NCBI GenBank assembly: GCA_963847705.1
Contig: CAWKBC010000001.1
Location: 32,001-96,000 of the forward strand
Direction of reading: 5' to 3'
DNA: 64,000 bases
DNA from: an uncultured Pseudomonadota bacterium
GTDB taxonomy: Bacteria > Myxococcota_A > Polyangia > Fen-1088
A program made the position numbers and the translations under genes. Positions 21,801 to 31,503 of the stretch are shown piece by piece. Position 1 is the first letter of the stretch. Each line of letters starts with the position of its first letter. The notes beneath the pieces were generated by a model. That model saw only the letters and a list, made by a program, of their open reading frames with translations. It ran no database searches and was not told the DNA's origin.

Positions 21801-22166
21801 ATGTCGATGGCCAGCTCCGATGTCACGCTCGAGATCCTGAAGGAGATTCGCGAGGCCGTGCGAGCGACGAGCTCGCGGCTCGAGGGGACGAACGGTCGCC
21901 TTGATTCGCTGGAGGAGACTTTCAACCGCCGGTTCGACGTCATGGGCGAGCGACTGGAGGTGGTGACCGATCGCCTGACCGTGGTGACCGATCGCCTGGA
22001 CGTCATGTCCGATCGGCTCGATCTCGTCGAAACGACGCTGCTCGATGTCGTCCGGGAGAGCCGGTCGACCTCTCGCTACCTTCGGATTCTCGGCAGGCAA
22101 CACGCCGGCCTCGAGCCGCGCCTCAGCGCGCTCGAGAGCCGCGTCGACAAGCTCGAATCGAAGTAG
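21801..22166 (+). CDS. Coiled-coil hypothetical protein with 7-aa repeats
   Basis: RLEVVTD/RLTVVTD/RLDVMSD/RLDLVET encoded by 21-bp repeats; RBS GGAGG. Confidence 0.75.
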   Translation: MSMASSDVTLEILKEIREAVRATSSRLEGTNGRLDSLEETFNRRFDVMGERLEVVTDRLTVVTDRLDVMSDRLDLVETTLLDVVRESRSTSRYLRILGRQHAGLEPRLSALESRVDKLESK

Positions 22167-22172
22167 CCCCGG

Positions 22173-22832
22173 CTACTCGGCGAATGGATTGACCCAGGCC
22201 TTGGCGGCGGCCGGCTTGCCCGCTGGCTTGGCAGCGGGAGCCGGATCGGCGAACGGGTCGGCGGACATCGCATCATTCGAAGCCTTGGCCGAAGCCTCGG
22301 CCTCCGCGCTGGGCGCGGAGTGAGCGGCGCGAACCGGACGCGGGCGAGCGGCGCGCGCCGGCTTGGCGAGCGGCCGGCGCGACGGCGCGAACGCGAACCC
22401 CGCCAGGATCTCGGCGTCGGTGGGCGCCGCGATGGGCAGCTGCTGGACGACCATGGTCGGTGTCGGCGCCGGTGCCTGCGCGGCCGGTGCGACGACCTGG
22501 GCCGGCTCTGCGGGCGCGGGTGCCCGGCGGGGCGCGGCGCGGCCGGTGAGCGTCAAGGTCAGCGCGATCCCCAACACGAACGTCGTGACACAGAGGGCGA
22601 CGACTGACGTGCCGTTGGCCCTCAGTTTTGCCGGCTGCAAGGCGGCCGCCGCCTTCGCGGTCCACTCCTCGCGTCCCCGATCGGCCTCGAAGATCTTCTC
22701 CGTCGGAACCCCCGAAGCGCGCATCGGGATCGCCAGCTGGTTGTGGCGCGCCCCGGCGGCGATCTCCATTCGAAACGACCTGCGCCCCATGAACACCACG
22801 TTGTCCTGCTCCCCACCCAGCGAATTGATCAC
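22173..22832 (-). CDS. Hypothetical single-TM protein with Pro/Ala-rich C-terminus
   Basis: One TM helix; C-terminal WVNPFAE; RBS AAGGAG. Confidence 0.65.
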   Translation of the reverse strand: MINSLGGEQDNVVFMGRRSFRMEIAAGARHNQLAIPMRASGVPTEKIFEADRGREEWTAKAAAALQPAKLRANGTSVVALCVTTFVLGIALTLTLTGRAAPRRAPAPAEPAQVVAPAAQAPAPTPTMVVQQLPIAAPTDAEILAGFAFAPSRRPLAKPARAARPRPVRAAHSAPSAEAEASAKASNDAMSADPFADPAPAAKPAGKPAAAKAWVNPFAE

Positions 22833-23070
22833 GTCTGCAGTCTCCTTTTTGTTGGCAAGACTGTACCCCGTTGACCGTCGGGATCGCGTATCGACTCCGA
22901 TGACGTTTCGTTACATTTGAGGGGGTGGGGTCCCCCGATTTTTTGACTTTCCACGCGGGGTTACGTCACGGAAATGGCTCGATCTGGCAGAAAGGCGCGG
23001 GTTGTCGGGCGATCGCCCAGGGCGCGCGTCACCGAGGCTCTGCGGCAGGTTTCTGTCATGATGCCGGGCC

Positions 23071-23790
23071 ATGCATTCCGAGCTGGGCGGACGTCGCATC
23101 TTCATCACCGGGATTTCGCGCGGGATCGGTTTTGCGACCGCGCGTCTGTTCCTCACCGAGGGGGCGTCGGTCTTCGGGATCGCGCGCGACGAGGCTCGCC
23201 TCACCGGCGCGCGCGCCGCGCTGGCCTCGGCGGCGCTGACGCCCGACCACTTCGACGCCTTCCCGCTCGATCTCGCCGAGGCCGACGCCCCCGCGCGCGC
23301 GGCCGAGCAGATCGCCGAGCGGTGGGGGGCGCTCGACGTGCTGGTGAACAATGCCGCGATCATGACCGAGGGCCCGGCGACCTTCGACGACGAGCCCGAC
23401 GGCACGCTGGAGCAGACGCTGGAGGTGAACCTGCTGGCGCCGTTTCGCCTCACGCGGGCGCTCATCCCGCTGCTGCGCGCCGGGCGCGAGCCGCGCATCG
23501 TGCACGTCACGTCGGGCGCGGGGACCCTGGCCGCGCTGGATGAGTCGGGGATCGCCAGCTACCGCCTCAGCAAGTGGGCGCTCAATGGTCTGGTGCGCCT
23601 GCAGGCCCAGCACCTGCGCGGCGCGATCGCCGTCAACGGCCTCGATCCCGGCTGGGTGAAGACCGACCTCGGCGGCCCGCGCGCGCCGGGCGTCCCCGAG
23701 GACTCCGCCCGCGCGGCCCTGGCGCTGCTGCGCGAGCCGTTCGAGACCACCGGCAAGCTGTTCAAGGACGGCAATGAGATCGACTACTAG
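23071..23790 (+). CDS. Short-chain dehydrogenase/reductase (carbonyl reductase-like)
   Basis: TGISRGIG, NNAA, YRLSK, PGWVKTDLGG. Confidence 0.93.
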   Translation: MHSELGGRRIFITGISRGIGFATARLFLTEGASVFGIARDEARLTGARAALASAALTPDHFDAFPLDLAEADAPARAAEQIAERWGALDVLVNNAAIMTEGPATFDDEPDGTLEQTLEVNLLAPFRLTRALIPLLRAGREPRIVHVTSGAGTLAALDESGIASYRLSKWALNGLVRLQAQHLRGAIAVNGLDPGWVKTDLGGPRAPGVPEDSARAALALLREPFETTGKLFKDGNEIDY

Positions 23791-23993
23791 AGCCGGACTG
23801 GACCACGGCGCAGGTCCGGCTGGTGCAGGCCGTGACGGGGGCGCTGCCGCCGGATTCCGGCGTCGATCGCATCGACTCCGCGTTGCGGTCAGGCTTCAGC
23901 ATCGGGGTCAACAAGTCGTACGAGACCAGGCTCCAGGTCGGGGATGCGCGCACCGGCGCGGTGCTCGGGACCAGCACGACCTGGAACTGGTAG
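23790..23993 (+). other. Small ORF or 3' remnant of an unknown gene
   Basis: Open frame with GC3-rich codons, EPDWTTAQVRLVQ...GTSTTWNW*. No clear RBS or start. Confidence 0.35.
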
Positions 23994-24011
23994 CGTAGAC
24001 TCAGCCGCGAG

Positions 24012-24815
24012 GTGGACGAAGCGCGCACGATTGCGGTCTCGCCGCGGCACTCGGTGCTGCTGGCGATGGAGCTCTATCCGCTGGTGACGAAGCCGGTGTG
24101 GCAGGACTTCGTGGTGCGGACGCGCGCGCGGCGCGAGGCCAACGGAATGCCGCTCATGGCGGCGGAGCTGGTCATCGCCGGCGCGGAGACCCGCAAGAAT
24201 CACCCGCTGGCCGCCACCTATCCGCTGCACTTTCGAAAGACATATTTTCCCGGACGGCTGCACGGCGATCCGCAGGTGGAGTATGAGCAGCATCTGCTGG
24301 CGTCCCAGCTCTCGAGCACCCCGCCGCCGATCGGCCACACCGCCGACACGTTTCGCAGCTGCCTGGTGCCGGGACAGGCGTACACGCGGCTCACGCCGTT
24401 CGGGGGCGAGCCTCCCGAGAACAACATCGTCAAGGCGCAGCAGCTGCCGCTGGCGACCGCGGCGGGATTGTGGCGGCTGGCCGAGGAGTCGCTGGCGCAG
24501 CTGCTCCTGCTTCAAGCGGGCGGCCTCTCCCACGGGGACGCCGAGCTGCACAACATCATCGTCTGCCCGGCGCCGCTCGAACCGATCCTGATCGATTTCG
24601 AGGCGGCGGCGCAAAAGGAGACGCTGGAGAGCGCCGCCTGGGAGTCACGCTGCAAAAAAGATCTGGAGCCGCTCCTGCGGGAGGCCGTCTATCTGCAGTG
24701 CGCGCTGGGCCGGCAGGAGAGCCAGCTCGGAGAGCGCTCGTGGAATCAGCTCGGCGCGTTGTTCCGATCGCCGGAGCGATTCCAGCGGGCCATCGAGACC
24801 CGCGCCGAAGTCTGA
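24012..24815 (+). CDS. Protein-kinase-like (phosphotransferase fold) hypothetical protein
   Basis: Catalytic-loop-like HGDAELHNIIV and metal-binding ILIDFE motifs. Confidence 0.7.
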   Translation: MDEARTIAVSPRHSVLLAMELYPLVTKPVWQDFVVRTRARREANGMPLMAAELVIAGAETRKNHPLAATYPLHFRKTYFPGRLHGDPQVEYEQHLLASQLSSTPPPIGHTADTFRSCLVPGQAYTRLTPFGGEPPENNIVKAQQLPLATAAGLWRLAEESLAQLLLLQAGGLSHGDAELHNIIVCPAPLEPILIDFEAAAQKETLESAAWESRCKKDLEPLLREAVYLQCALGRQESQLGERSWNQLGALFRSPERFQRAIETRAEV

Positions 24816-24838
24816 GCGCGGGTCTGACCGTGCGAATT

Positions 24839-24956
24839 GCGACGCATCTCACTGTGTCGTCGCCTTGGAAAGACGCGGGAAACGCCTACGAAACATTGCG
24901 GATACACAACATTAACGGCCCGTTTTCGGGGCGAGAAAAGTGGCCTCGGCCGAGCG
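24839..24956 (+). promoter_or_regulatory. Possible sigma-54 promoter with upstream inverted repeat, for glutamine synthetase
   Basis: TGGCCTCGGCCGAGC (GG-N10-GC) at 24941-24955, an AT-rich spacer, and GCGACG...CGTCGC about 100 bp upstream. The -12 match is weak. Confidence 0.3.
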
Positions 24957-25037
24957 AAAAGCCTTTCTGAGTCGGCCCCCAAAAGACTAAAACGACTGCT
25001 CAGCAAACATTCGACGGTGAAGAGGAGACGACGAACC

Positions 25038-27218
25038 ATGAGCGGAAATACGGCGCGGCGAGCAGCGATCACGGCGGCTACCAACTACAAACACGAGGGA
25101 GCGCCTCTCGATTACAAGGAGAGCGACGCGGCCTCCCTGTACGGGACCAACGTCTTCGGCCTCAGCACGATGAAGTCGCAGCTGCCGAAGGAGATCTTCA
25201 AGTCGGTCAAGAAGACCATCGACAGCGGCACGCCGCTCGATCCGAAGGTGGCCGACGTGGTGGCCGCTGCGCTCAAGGCCTGGGCGCTCTCCAAGGGCGC
25301 GACGCACTACGCGCACGTCTTCTACCCGCTGACCGGGCTCAGCGCCGAGAAGCACGACAGCTTCCTCTCGCCTGACGGCGAGGGTGGCGCGATCACCGAG
25401 TTCTCCGGCAAGACGCTGACCCAGGGCGAGCCCGACGCGTCGAGCTTCCCCAACGGCGGCATCCGCGCCACCAGTGAGGCCCGCGGCTATACTGCCTGGG
25501 ACGTCACCAGCCCGGCCTACATCCTCGAGTCGGCCAACGGCTCCACGCTCTGCATCCCGACCGCGTTCGTGTCGTGGACCGGCGAGGCGCTGGACAAGAA
25601 GACGCCGCTCCTGCGCTCGGGCCAGGCGCTCAACACGCACGCCCAGCGCATCTTGAAGCTGTTCGGCCACGAGAAGCCGGCCACGGTCGTCTCCTACGCC
25701 GGCGCCGAGCAGGAGTACTTCCTGATCGACAAGCACTTCTTTTACTCGCGCCCCGACCTCCTGAACGCCGGCCGCGCGCTCTTCGGCGCCAAGCCGCCCA
25801 AGGGACAGGAGTTCGAGGACCACTACTTCGGCTCGATCCCCGAGCGCGTGATCGGCTTCATGATGGAGGTCGAGCGTGAGCTCTTCAAGCTGGGGATCCC
25901 GGTCAAGACCCGCCACAACGAGGTCGCCCCGGGGCAGTTCGAGGTGGCGCCGGTGTTCGAGAGCGCGAATCTCGCCTCCGATCACCAGCAGACCATCATG
26001 GTCACGCTGAAGCGCGTGGCCGAGAAGCACGACCTCACCTGCCTCTTGCACGAGAAGCCCTTCGCGGGCGTCAACGGCTCGGGCAAGCACGTCAACTTCT
26101 CGTTCGGCAACTCCACCCAGGGGAACCTGCTCGATCCCGGCGAGACCCCCCACGAGAACGCGCAGTTCCTGGTGTTCTGCGGCGCCGTCATCCGCGCCGT
26201 CCACAAGTACGCCGGCATCCTGCGCGCGGTCATTGCCACCGCCAGCAACGATCACCGCCTGGGCGCCAACGAGGCGCCGCCGGCCATCATCTCGATCTTC
26301 CTCGGCGAGCAGCTGACGGACGTCTTCGAGCAGATCAAGTCGGGCGGCGCCAAGTCGTCCAAGATGAAGAGCTCGCTGGAGATCGGCGTCGACTCGCTCC
26401 CCAAGCTGCCGCGCGACGCCGGCGATCGCAACCGAACCAGCCCGTTCGCCTTCACCGGCAACCGGTTCGAGTTCCGCGCGGTCGGTTCCAGCCAGTCGAT
26501 CGGGGATCCGCTGGTGGCGCTCAACACGATCATCGCCGAGTCCCTCGACGCGGTGGCGACCAAGCTGGAGGCCGCGCTCGCCGGCGGCAAGAAGCTGAAC
26601 GCCGCCATTCAAGAGGTGCTGGGGGAGATCATCACCCAGCACGGCGCGGTCACCTTCGACGGCAACGGCTACTCGGCCGAGTGGCACGCCGAGGCCGAGA
26701 AGCGCGGTCTGCCGAACTACAAGACCGCGGTCGACGCGCTGCCGGTCCTCAACCAGAAGGACGTCATCGCTCTCTTCGACAAGTACAAGGTGCTGTCGCC
26801 CCGCGAGCTCCACGGCCGCTACGAGACCTACCTCGAGCAATACAACAAGAGCGTCAACGTGGAGGCCAACCTGACCGCCAAGATCGCCAAGACCACGATC
26901 CTCCCGGCGGCGGTGCACTACCAGAGCAAGCTGGCCGAGAACGCCATCGCCGTGAAGGCGGCGGGTCTCACCCCCGACACGACCGTGCTCAAACAGGTGA
27001 CCGACCTCATCGGCAAGCTGCAGGCCGGCCTGGCCGGGCTGGAGACCGCCGTCGGTCACCACGGCGCCAGCGACGCGCTGGCCGAGGCCAAGCACTTCGG
27101 CGGCACCGTGCTGCCGGCGATGCTGAAGGTCCGCGAGGCGGCCGACAGCCTCGAGGGGGTGGTCGACGACGCCCTCTGGCCGCTGCCGACCTTCCAGGAG
27201 ATCCTCTTCATCAAGTAG
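25038..27218 (+). CDS. glnN: Glutamine synthetase type III
   Basis: About 726 aa; [79 protein letters not shown]. Confidence 0.96.
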   Translation: MSGNTARRAAITAATNYKHEGAPLDYKESDAASLYGTNVFGLSTMKSQLPKEIFKSVKKTIDSGTPLDPKVADVVAAALKAWALSKGATHYAHVFYPLTGLSAEKHDSFLSPDGEGGAITEFSGKTLTQGEPDASSFPNGGIRATSEARGYTAWDVTSPAYILESANGSTLCIPTAFVSWTGEALDKKTPLLRSGQALNTHAQRILKLFGHEKPATVVSYAGAEQEYFLIDKHFFYSRPDLLNAGRALFGAKPPKGQEFEDHYFGSIPERVIGFMMEVERELFKLGIPVKTRHNEVAPGQFEVAPVFESANLASDHQQTIMVTLKRVAEKHDLTCLLHEKPFAGVNGSGKHVNFSFGNSTQGNLLDPGETPHENAQFLVFCGAVIRAVHKYAGILRAVIATASNDHRLGANEAPPAIISIFLGEQLTDVFEQIKSGGAKSSKMKSSLEIGVDSLPKLPRDAGDRNRTSPFAFTGNRFEFRAVGSSQSIGDPLVALNTIIAESLDAVATKLEAALAGGKKLNAAIQEVLGEIITQHGAVTFDGNGYSAEWHAEAEKRGLPNYKTAVDALPVLNQKDVIALFDKYKVLSPRELHGRYETYLEQYNKSVNVEANLTAKIAKTTILPAAVHYQSKLAENAIAVKAAGLTPDTTVLKQVTDLIGKLQAGLAGLETAVGHHGASDALAEAKHFGGTVLPAMLKVREAADSLEGVVDDALWPLPTFQEILFIK

Positions 27219-27219
27219 C

Positions 27220-27307
27220 GCGAACCCACCGGGCGCCACCGGCGCCCGTTCGCACCCGGGCGCCACCAGCGCCCGGTTCGCACCCGGGCGCCACCGGCGC
27301 CCGGTCG
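27220..27307. repeat. Three tandem 26-28-bp palindromic (REP-like) units
   Basis: Each unit is CCGGGCGCC-ACC-GGCGCCCGG (with variants), separated by TTCGCAC. Confidence 0.85.
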
Positions 27308-27312
27308 ATTCG

Positions 27313-27346
27313 AAGCCGCCCGTTTTGACTAACGGGCGGCTTTTTT
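27313..27346 (+). terminator. Rho-independent terminator after glnN
   Basis: 12-bp perfect stem AAGCCGCCCGTT/AACGGGCGGCTT, 6-nt loop, T-run. Overlaps the stop of the convergent gene. Confidence 0.85.
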
Positions 27347-29422
27347 CGTCTTGGCCGCGGTCTTCTCGGGGAGCTTGGCCGTCAGCTTGCCGAGCTCCGC
27401 GTCGGCGATCTTCTGGAAGGTCTCGAACGGATAGGCACCGGCGATCTTGCGGCCGTTGATGAACACCGCGGGCGTCCCCAGCACGCCGAGCTCGCTCCCC
27501 TCCTGCTTGTCGGCCTCGATCCGCGCCTTGTAGCGCCCGGCGTCGAGGTCGGCCCGAAAGCGCGGCAGATCGAGCCCGATCGCGGCGGCGTCATTCTCCA
27601 GGCTCTCCCGATCGAGCGCGCTGTTGTTCTCGAACAGCCGATCGTGCATCGGCCAGAACTTCCCCTGCGCGTCGGCGGCCATCGCCGCCTCGGCGGCCGG
27701 CTCGGCGTTGTCGTGGAAGGGGAGTGGAAAATTCTTCCAGACCACCCGCACCTTGCCGGCGTAGTGCTTCTCCACCTCCGCCAGCGTCGGTTCGACCCGC
27801 TTGCAGAAGGGGCACTGGAAGTCGGAGAAGACCACCAGCACCAGCGGCGCGTTGGCCGGCCCCTTCGACGGCGCGTCGCCCGGCTTGACGGGATAGACCT
27901 TGAGGTCGGCCTCGGGGCCGGGATCGTCGTCGCCGTCGTTCTGTGCCGCCTTGGCTGCTTCGGCGGGCGGGCGGACGGCCAGGGCGTCCTTCATCAGGGC
28001 GGCGTAGATCCGGGCGCGCGGCGTCCCCTGGGCGAGCATCGCGTCGGTGACCTTCAGCTCGTCGTCGATGCGTGCCTTGAAGGTCTCGTACGGTTGCGCG
28101 CCGACCAGCATCTTGCCGTTGATGAAGAAGGTGGGCGTCCCCCTGGCGCCGGCCTTGGTCCCGGCCAGGATGTCGGCGTCGATCGCGCTCTTGCCCGCTT
28201 CCGCGTCGAGCGCGGCTCCGAAGCGCTTGCCGTCGAGGCCCAGCTCGGCGGCCTCCTGCTCGAACCGCTTCCGCCCCAGCGGCGCGAGGTGGTCGGCGTA
28301 GAGCCGATCGTGCATGGCCCAGAACTTCCCCTGCGCCCCGGCGGCGCGGGCTGCGATCGCCGCCGGCCGCGCCTGGTCGTGAAACGGAAGCGGCATGTCG
28401 CGCCAGACGAACCGAAGCTTGTCCGGGTACTCCTGCCGCAGCCGCGTCAGCGTCTCCTCCACGCGCGCGCAGAACGGACACTGGAAGTCGGACCACTCGA
28501 CGATGGTGATCGGCGCGTCGGCCGGGCCCCGCGCGGGCGCGCCGGCGAGGTCGACGCGGATGCGCACGTTGACGTCGGCCTCGGGATCGGGCCTGGCGGG
28601 GGTTGGGTCGGGCCTCTTGTCGCGGAAGGCGGTCGGGCCGGCCCCGTTGTCCATCGCCGGCTTGGCCCCGGCGAGCAGCGTGGCGTAGAGCATGTCGCGC
28701 GGGAGCCCGCGCCGAAGCAGGCTGTCGGCGCGGGCGAGCTCGTCGTCGATGATCTGCTTGAAGGCGGCGAGCGGCTGGGCGCCCAGCACGGGCCGGCCGT
28801 CGATGAAGAAGGTCGGGGTCCCGCGCACGCCGAGCTGGCGGCCGACCGCCAGGTCGTCGTCGACGCGCGCCTGGCCGGCGTGGGTGTCGAGCGCGGCGCG
28901 GAAGGTCGTCAGATCGAGGCCCAGCTGGAGGGCGTGGCGCTCCAGCGCGGGGCGGTCGAGGTCGCTCTGCTCCGCGAACAGCTTGTCGTGCATCTCCCAG
29001 AACTTCCCCTGCCTCTCGGCGGCCACCGCGGCCTCGGCGGCCAGCGCGGCGTGGTCATGAAAGGGGAGGGGATTGTGCCGAAACAGGATCCGGACGTCGT
29101 GGGGATAGTCGCGGAGGAGCTGCTCGAGCGTGGGGTTCACGCGCGCGCAGAACGGGCACTGGAAGTCGGAGAACTCGACGATGGTCACCTTCGCGGTCGA
29201 CGGACCGCGCTGGGCCCCGCCGAGCGGGACCGCGATCCGCTCGACCGGCGGTCCGTCGGGGACGAGCGGCGCGCCGGGCGGCAGGGACGGAGAAGGCGCG
29301 GTCGCGGCACTGCCGGGCGCGGCGGCCACGGCCGGAGGCGTCGCTTTCGGATGGGGAGGCGCCGAGGCGCAACCGATCGTGAGGCTGAGGGCACCAAGGA
29401 TCACCACCTCAGGGAGCTTCAC
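27329..29422 (-). CDS. Lipoprotein with three tandem DsbA/thioredoxin domains
   Basis: SDFQCPFC three times, each with PLPFH and GTP motifs; lipobox TIGC after GTG 29422. Confidence 0.93.
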   Translation of the reverse strand: MKLPEVVILGALSLTIGCASAPPHPKATPPAVAAAPGSAATAPSPSLPPGAPLVPDGPPVERIAVPLGGAQRGPSTAKVTIVEFSDFQCPFCARVNPTLEQLLRDYPHDVRILFRHNPLPFHDHAALAAEAAVAAERQGKFWEMHDKLFAEQSDLDRPALERHALQLGLDLTTFRAALDTHAGQARVDDDLAVGRQLGVRGTPTFFIDGRPVLGAQPLAAFKQIIDDELARADSLLRRGLPRDMLYATLLAGAKPAMDNGAGPTAFRDKRPDPTPARPDPEADVNVRIRVDLAGAPARGPADAPITIVEWSDFQCPFCARVEETLTRLRQEYPDKLRFVWRDMPLPFHDQARPAAIAARAAGAQGKFWAMHDRLYADHLAPLGRKRFEQEAAELGLDGKRFGAALDAEAGKSAIDADILAGTKAGARGTPTFFINGKMLVGAQPYETFKARIDDELKVTDAMLAQGTPRARIYAALMKDALAVRPPAEAAKAAQNDGDDDPGPEADLKVYPVKPGDAPSKGPANAPLVLVVFSDFQCPFCKRVEPTLAEVEKHYAGKVRVVWKNFPLPFHDNAEPAAEAAMAADAQGKFWPMHDRLFENNSALDRESLENDAAAIGLDLPRFRADLDAGRYKARIEADKQEGSELGVLGTPAVFINGRKIAGAYPFETFQKIADAELGKLTAKLPEKTAAKTKKAAR

Positions 29423-29528
29423 CCTGCGAACTCTATCATCGCGAGACAGTTCGCCCAGGCTCAGACCAATCAGGCTCAGGCAACCGGCGGCGCGCAGGTC
29501 CGACAACACGGACCTGGAGATATCGACG

Positions 29529-29969
29529 ATGCCGCCCCGGAAATCGACCGTGCGTTTCGATGTGGAGTGGAGCTCCGAGGCCTGGGCGGAGCTCCGCACG
29601 CTCCCAGCGTCGGAGCGTCGGCCCGTCCTGGAGGCCGCGGCCAACCTGGCCCTCGGTGACCGAAAACCGGCTGGCGCGGTTCAGGAAGGGCGGACGCCAG
29701 GCGATCACCGGCTGCTCTACCGCGTCGTCGAGCCTCTGTCCGCGCCGTCGTGCTCTCCGTCGTCCTCTCCTTCGCCCCGACCGGCGGCTGTGCGGCCGCG
29801 CGTTCAGATCCTGTGCGCGCTCGTCGCTGGCGCCACCGGCGCCGCCGTCGCCAGGCCCGGCGCAGGCGAGCTCAGACGGCGCGGGGCAATCTTGCGCAGG
29901 CTCGGCGGCGGAATTCCGCACGAGGTGGTCCGTCGCGCCTGGCTCGCCGAGCTGCGCCGCGAGGTCTAG
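29529..29969 (+). CDS. Hypothetical protein, RelE/ParE-like N-terminus
   Basis: FDVEWSSEAWAELRTL and GDHRLLYRV resemble the RelE fold; Ser/Pro-rich insert; RBS GGAG. Confidence 0.45.
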   Translation: MPPRKSTVRFDVEWSSEAWAELRTLPASERRPVLEAAANLALGDRKPAGAVQEGRTPGDHRLLYRVVEPLSAPSCSPSSSPSPRPAAVRPRVQILCALVAGATGAAVARPGAGELRRRGAILRRLGGGIPHEVVRRAWLAELRREV

Positions 29970-31384
29970 TTCTGGTCAAGCTCAGGACCCTCGGCAGGTT
30001 GGAGAGCTGATCGAGGGTTGTCGTCGCCATGAGGCTCGTTCGGGCGGCCCATCGGCGGGGCCGTCAGCTCGACCGCGATGGTCGTTCCGGCGGCGGGTCG
30101 CGAGGTCAATTCGAACCGCCCGCCGCGCGCACGGACCCGCTCGCGCATCCCGACGATGCCCAGGTGGCCGCGCGCCGGGGCCGCGTCGAGGATCGCCGGG
30201 GAGAAGCCGCAGCCGTCGTCTCTGATCGACAGCAACACCCGATCGCCGCGCTGGCCGATCCGGATCTCGATCCGGTGGGCCGCGGCGTGGCGGATGGCGT
30301 TGATGACCGACTCCTGCACCACGCGGAAGCAGGTGATCTCGAAGTCGGGCGGGAGGCGGCGATCTCTGCCGGCAAGAGGCTCGTCCGCGTGAAGCTCGAT
30401 CGCCAGTCCGGAGAGCGCGGCCTGACCGTCGAGGTAGACGCGAAGGGCGGAGACCAGGCCGACCTCGTCGAGGAGAGGGGGGCGCAGGTCCACCGCGATC
30501 CTTCGCACCCGCGCGATGAGGGCGTCGACCAGCGCCAGGGAATCGACGGCGGCCGCGCGGGCACCCGCCGCGCTGCTCAGCCGAAAGGCGTGCTCGCCGA
30601 GCTGAAGGCGCATCCTGAGCGCCGCCAGCGTCTGGCCGAGCTCGTCGTGCAGCTCGCGCGAGAGCGAGCGCCGCTCCTCCTCCTCGGTCGCGTCGAGCCG
30701 CCGGTGGAGCTGCCCCAGCTGTTCGTGCGCCAGCCCCAACCGGCGCAGGGCCTGGGAGGTGGCGCGTGAGCTCGCCTCGACGTGGTGGATCACCAGATCG
30801 ATCGCGCTGGTCACCAGGAGGGCGAGAAAAGCGAAGCTGACACCGACGCGTATCCAGTTGCGCATCCGGTGGGGGTCGAGATCGGTCGCCATCCCCAGCA
30901 CGGGAAGCGCCCCCCGGGTGACCAGCGTGCCGACCACCAGGAACGCCGCCACCGACAGGGCAATGAACAGCAGCCCCTGCGCCCGGCCCAGAAAGATGAC
31001 CGCCATGACGCTGGTCCCCAGGAGGACGACGCCCGACCCGGAGCTGAATCCGAAGGTGGCGAGGGAGAGCACGCCGGTCCCGAAGGCGAGGACGATCGCC
31101 GCCGAGGCGCGGGCAACGACCGAGGGCCGGGGCAGCAGACGAAGCGCGGGGAAGGCCAGCCCCGCGACGATGAACATCACGACCTTCGCCCAGGAGCTCC
31201 GCGTCGACGGCGACGACAGCGCGATCGCCACCACGATGGGCGAGATGACCGCCGCGACGGCGAGCATTCCGCGCAGCACGTCGCGCCGCCAGGAGTCGAT
31301 GCCGTCGAGGCGGAGCTCGCGTTCGATCCCGCGCGCTCCGCCGGTCGTCGCTGGCTCGTCTTCGTTCCGCTCCTGAGCCTGCAT
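29966..31384 (-). CDS. Membrane sensor histidine kinase (HisKA_3/NarX-type)
   Basis: EERRSLSRELHDELGQ, QESVINAIRHA, DDGCGF, HLGIVGMRER. Confidence 0.93.
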   Translation of the reverse strand: MQAQERNEDEPATTGGARGIERELRLDGIDSWRRDVLRGMLAVAAVISPIVVAIALSSPSTRSSWAKVVMFIVAGLAFPALRLLPRPSVVARASAAIVLAFGTGVLSLATFGFSSGSGVVLLGTSVMAVIFLGRAQGLLFIALSVAAFLVVGTLVTRGALPVLGMATDLDPHRMRNWIRVGVSFAFLALLVTSAIDLVIHHVEASSRATSQALRRLGLAHEQLGQLHRRLDATEEEERRSLSRELHDELGQTLAALRMRLQLGEHAFRLSSAAGARAAAVDSLALVDALIARVRRIAVDLRPPLLDEVGLVSALRVYLDGQAALSGLAIELHADEPLAGRDRRLPPDFEITCFRVVQESVINAIRHAAAHRIEIRIGQRGDRVLLSIRDDGCGFSPAILDAAPARGHLGIVGMRERVRARGGRFELTSRPAAGTTIAVELTAPPMGRPNEPHGDDNPRSALQPAEGPELDQN

Positions 31385-31503
31385 CTCCTCTGGAACGAGG
31401 AGATTAGCGTCAGGGCGCGCGCAGCGCGAGTTGAACGGTCACCCGCGTCCCGGGTGCAACCCCGACCGACCGCCGGAGGCGGCGCGCGCCGCCAGGCAGC
31501 GTG

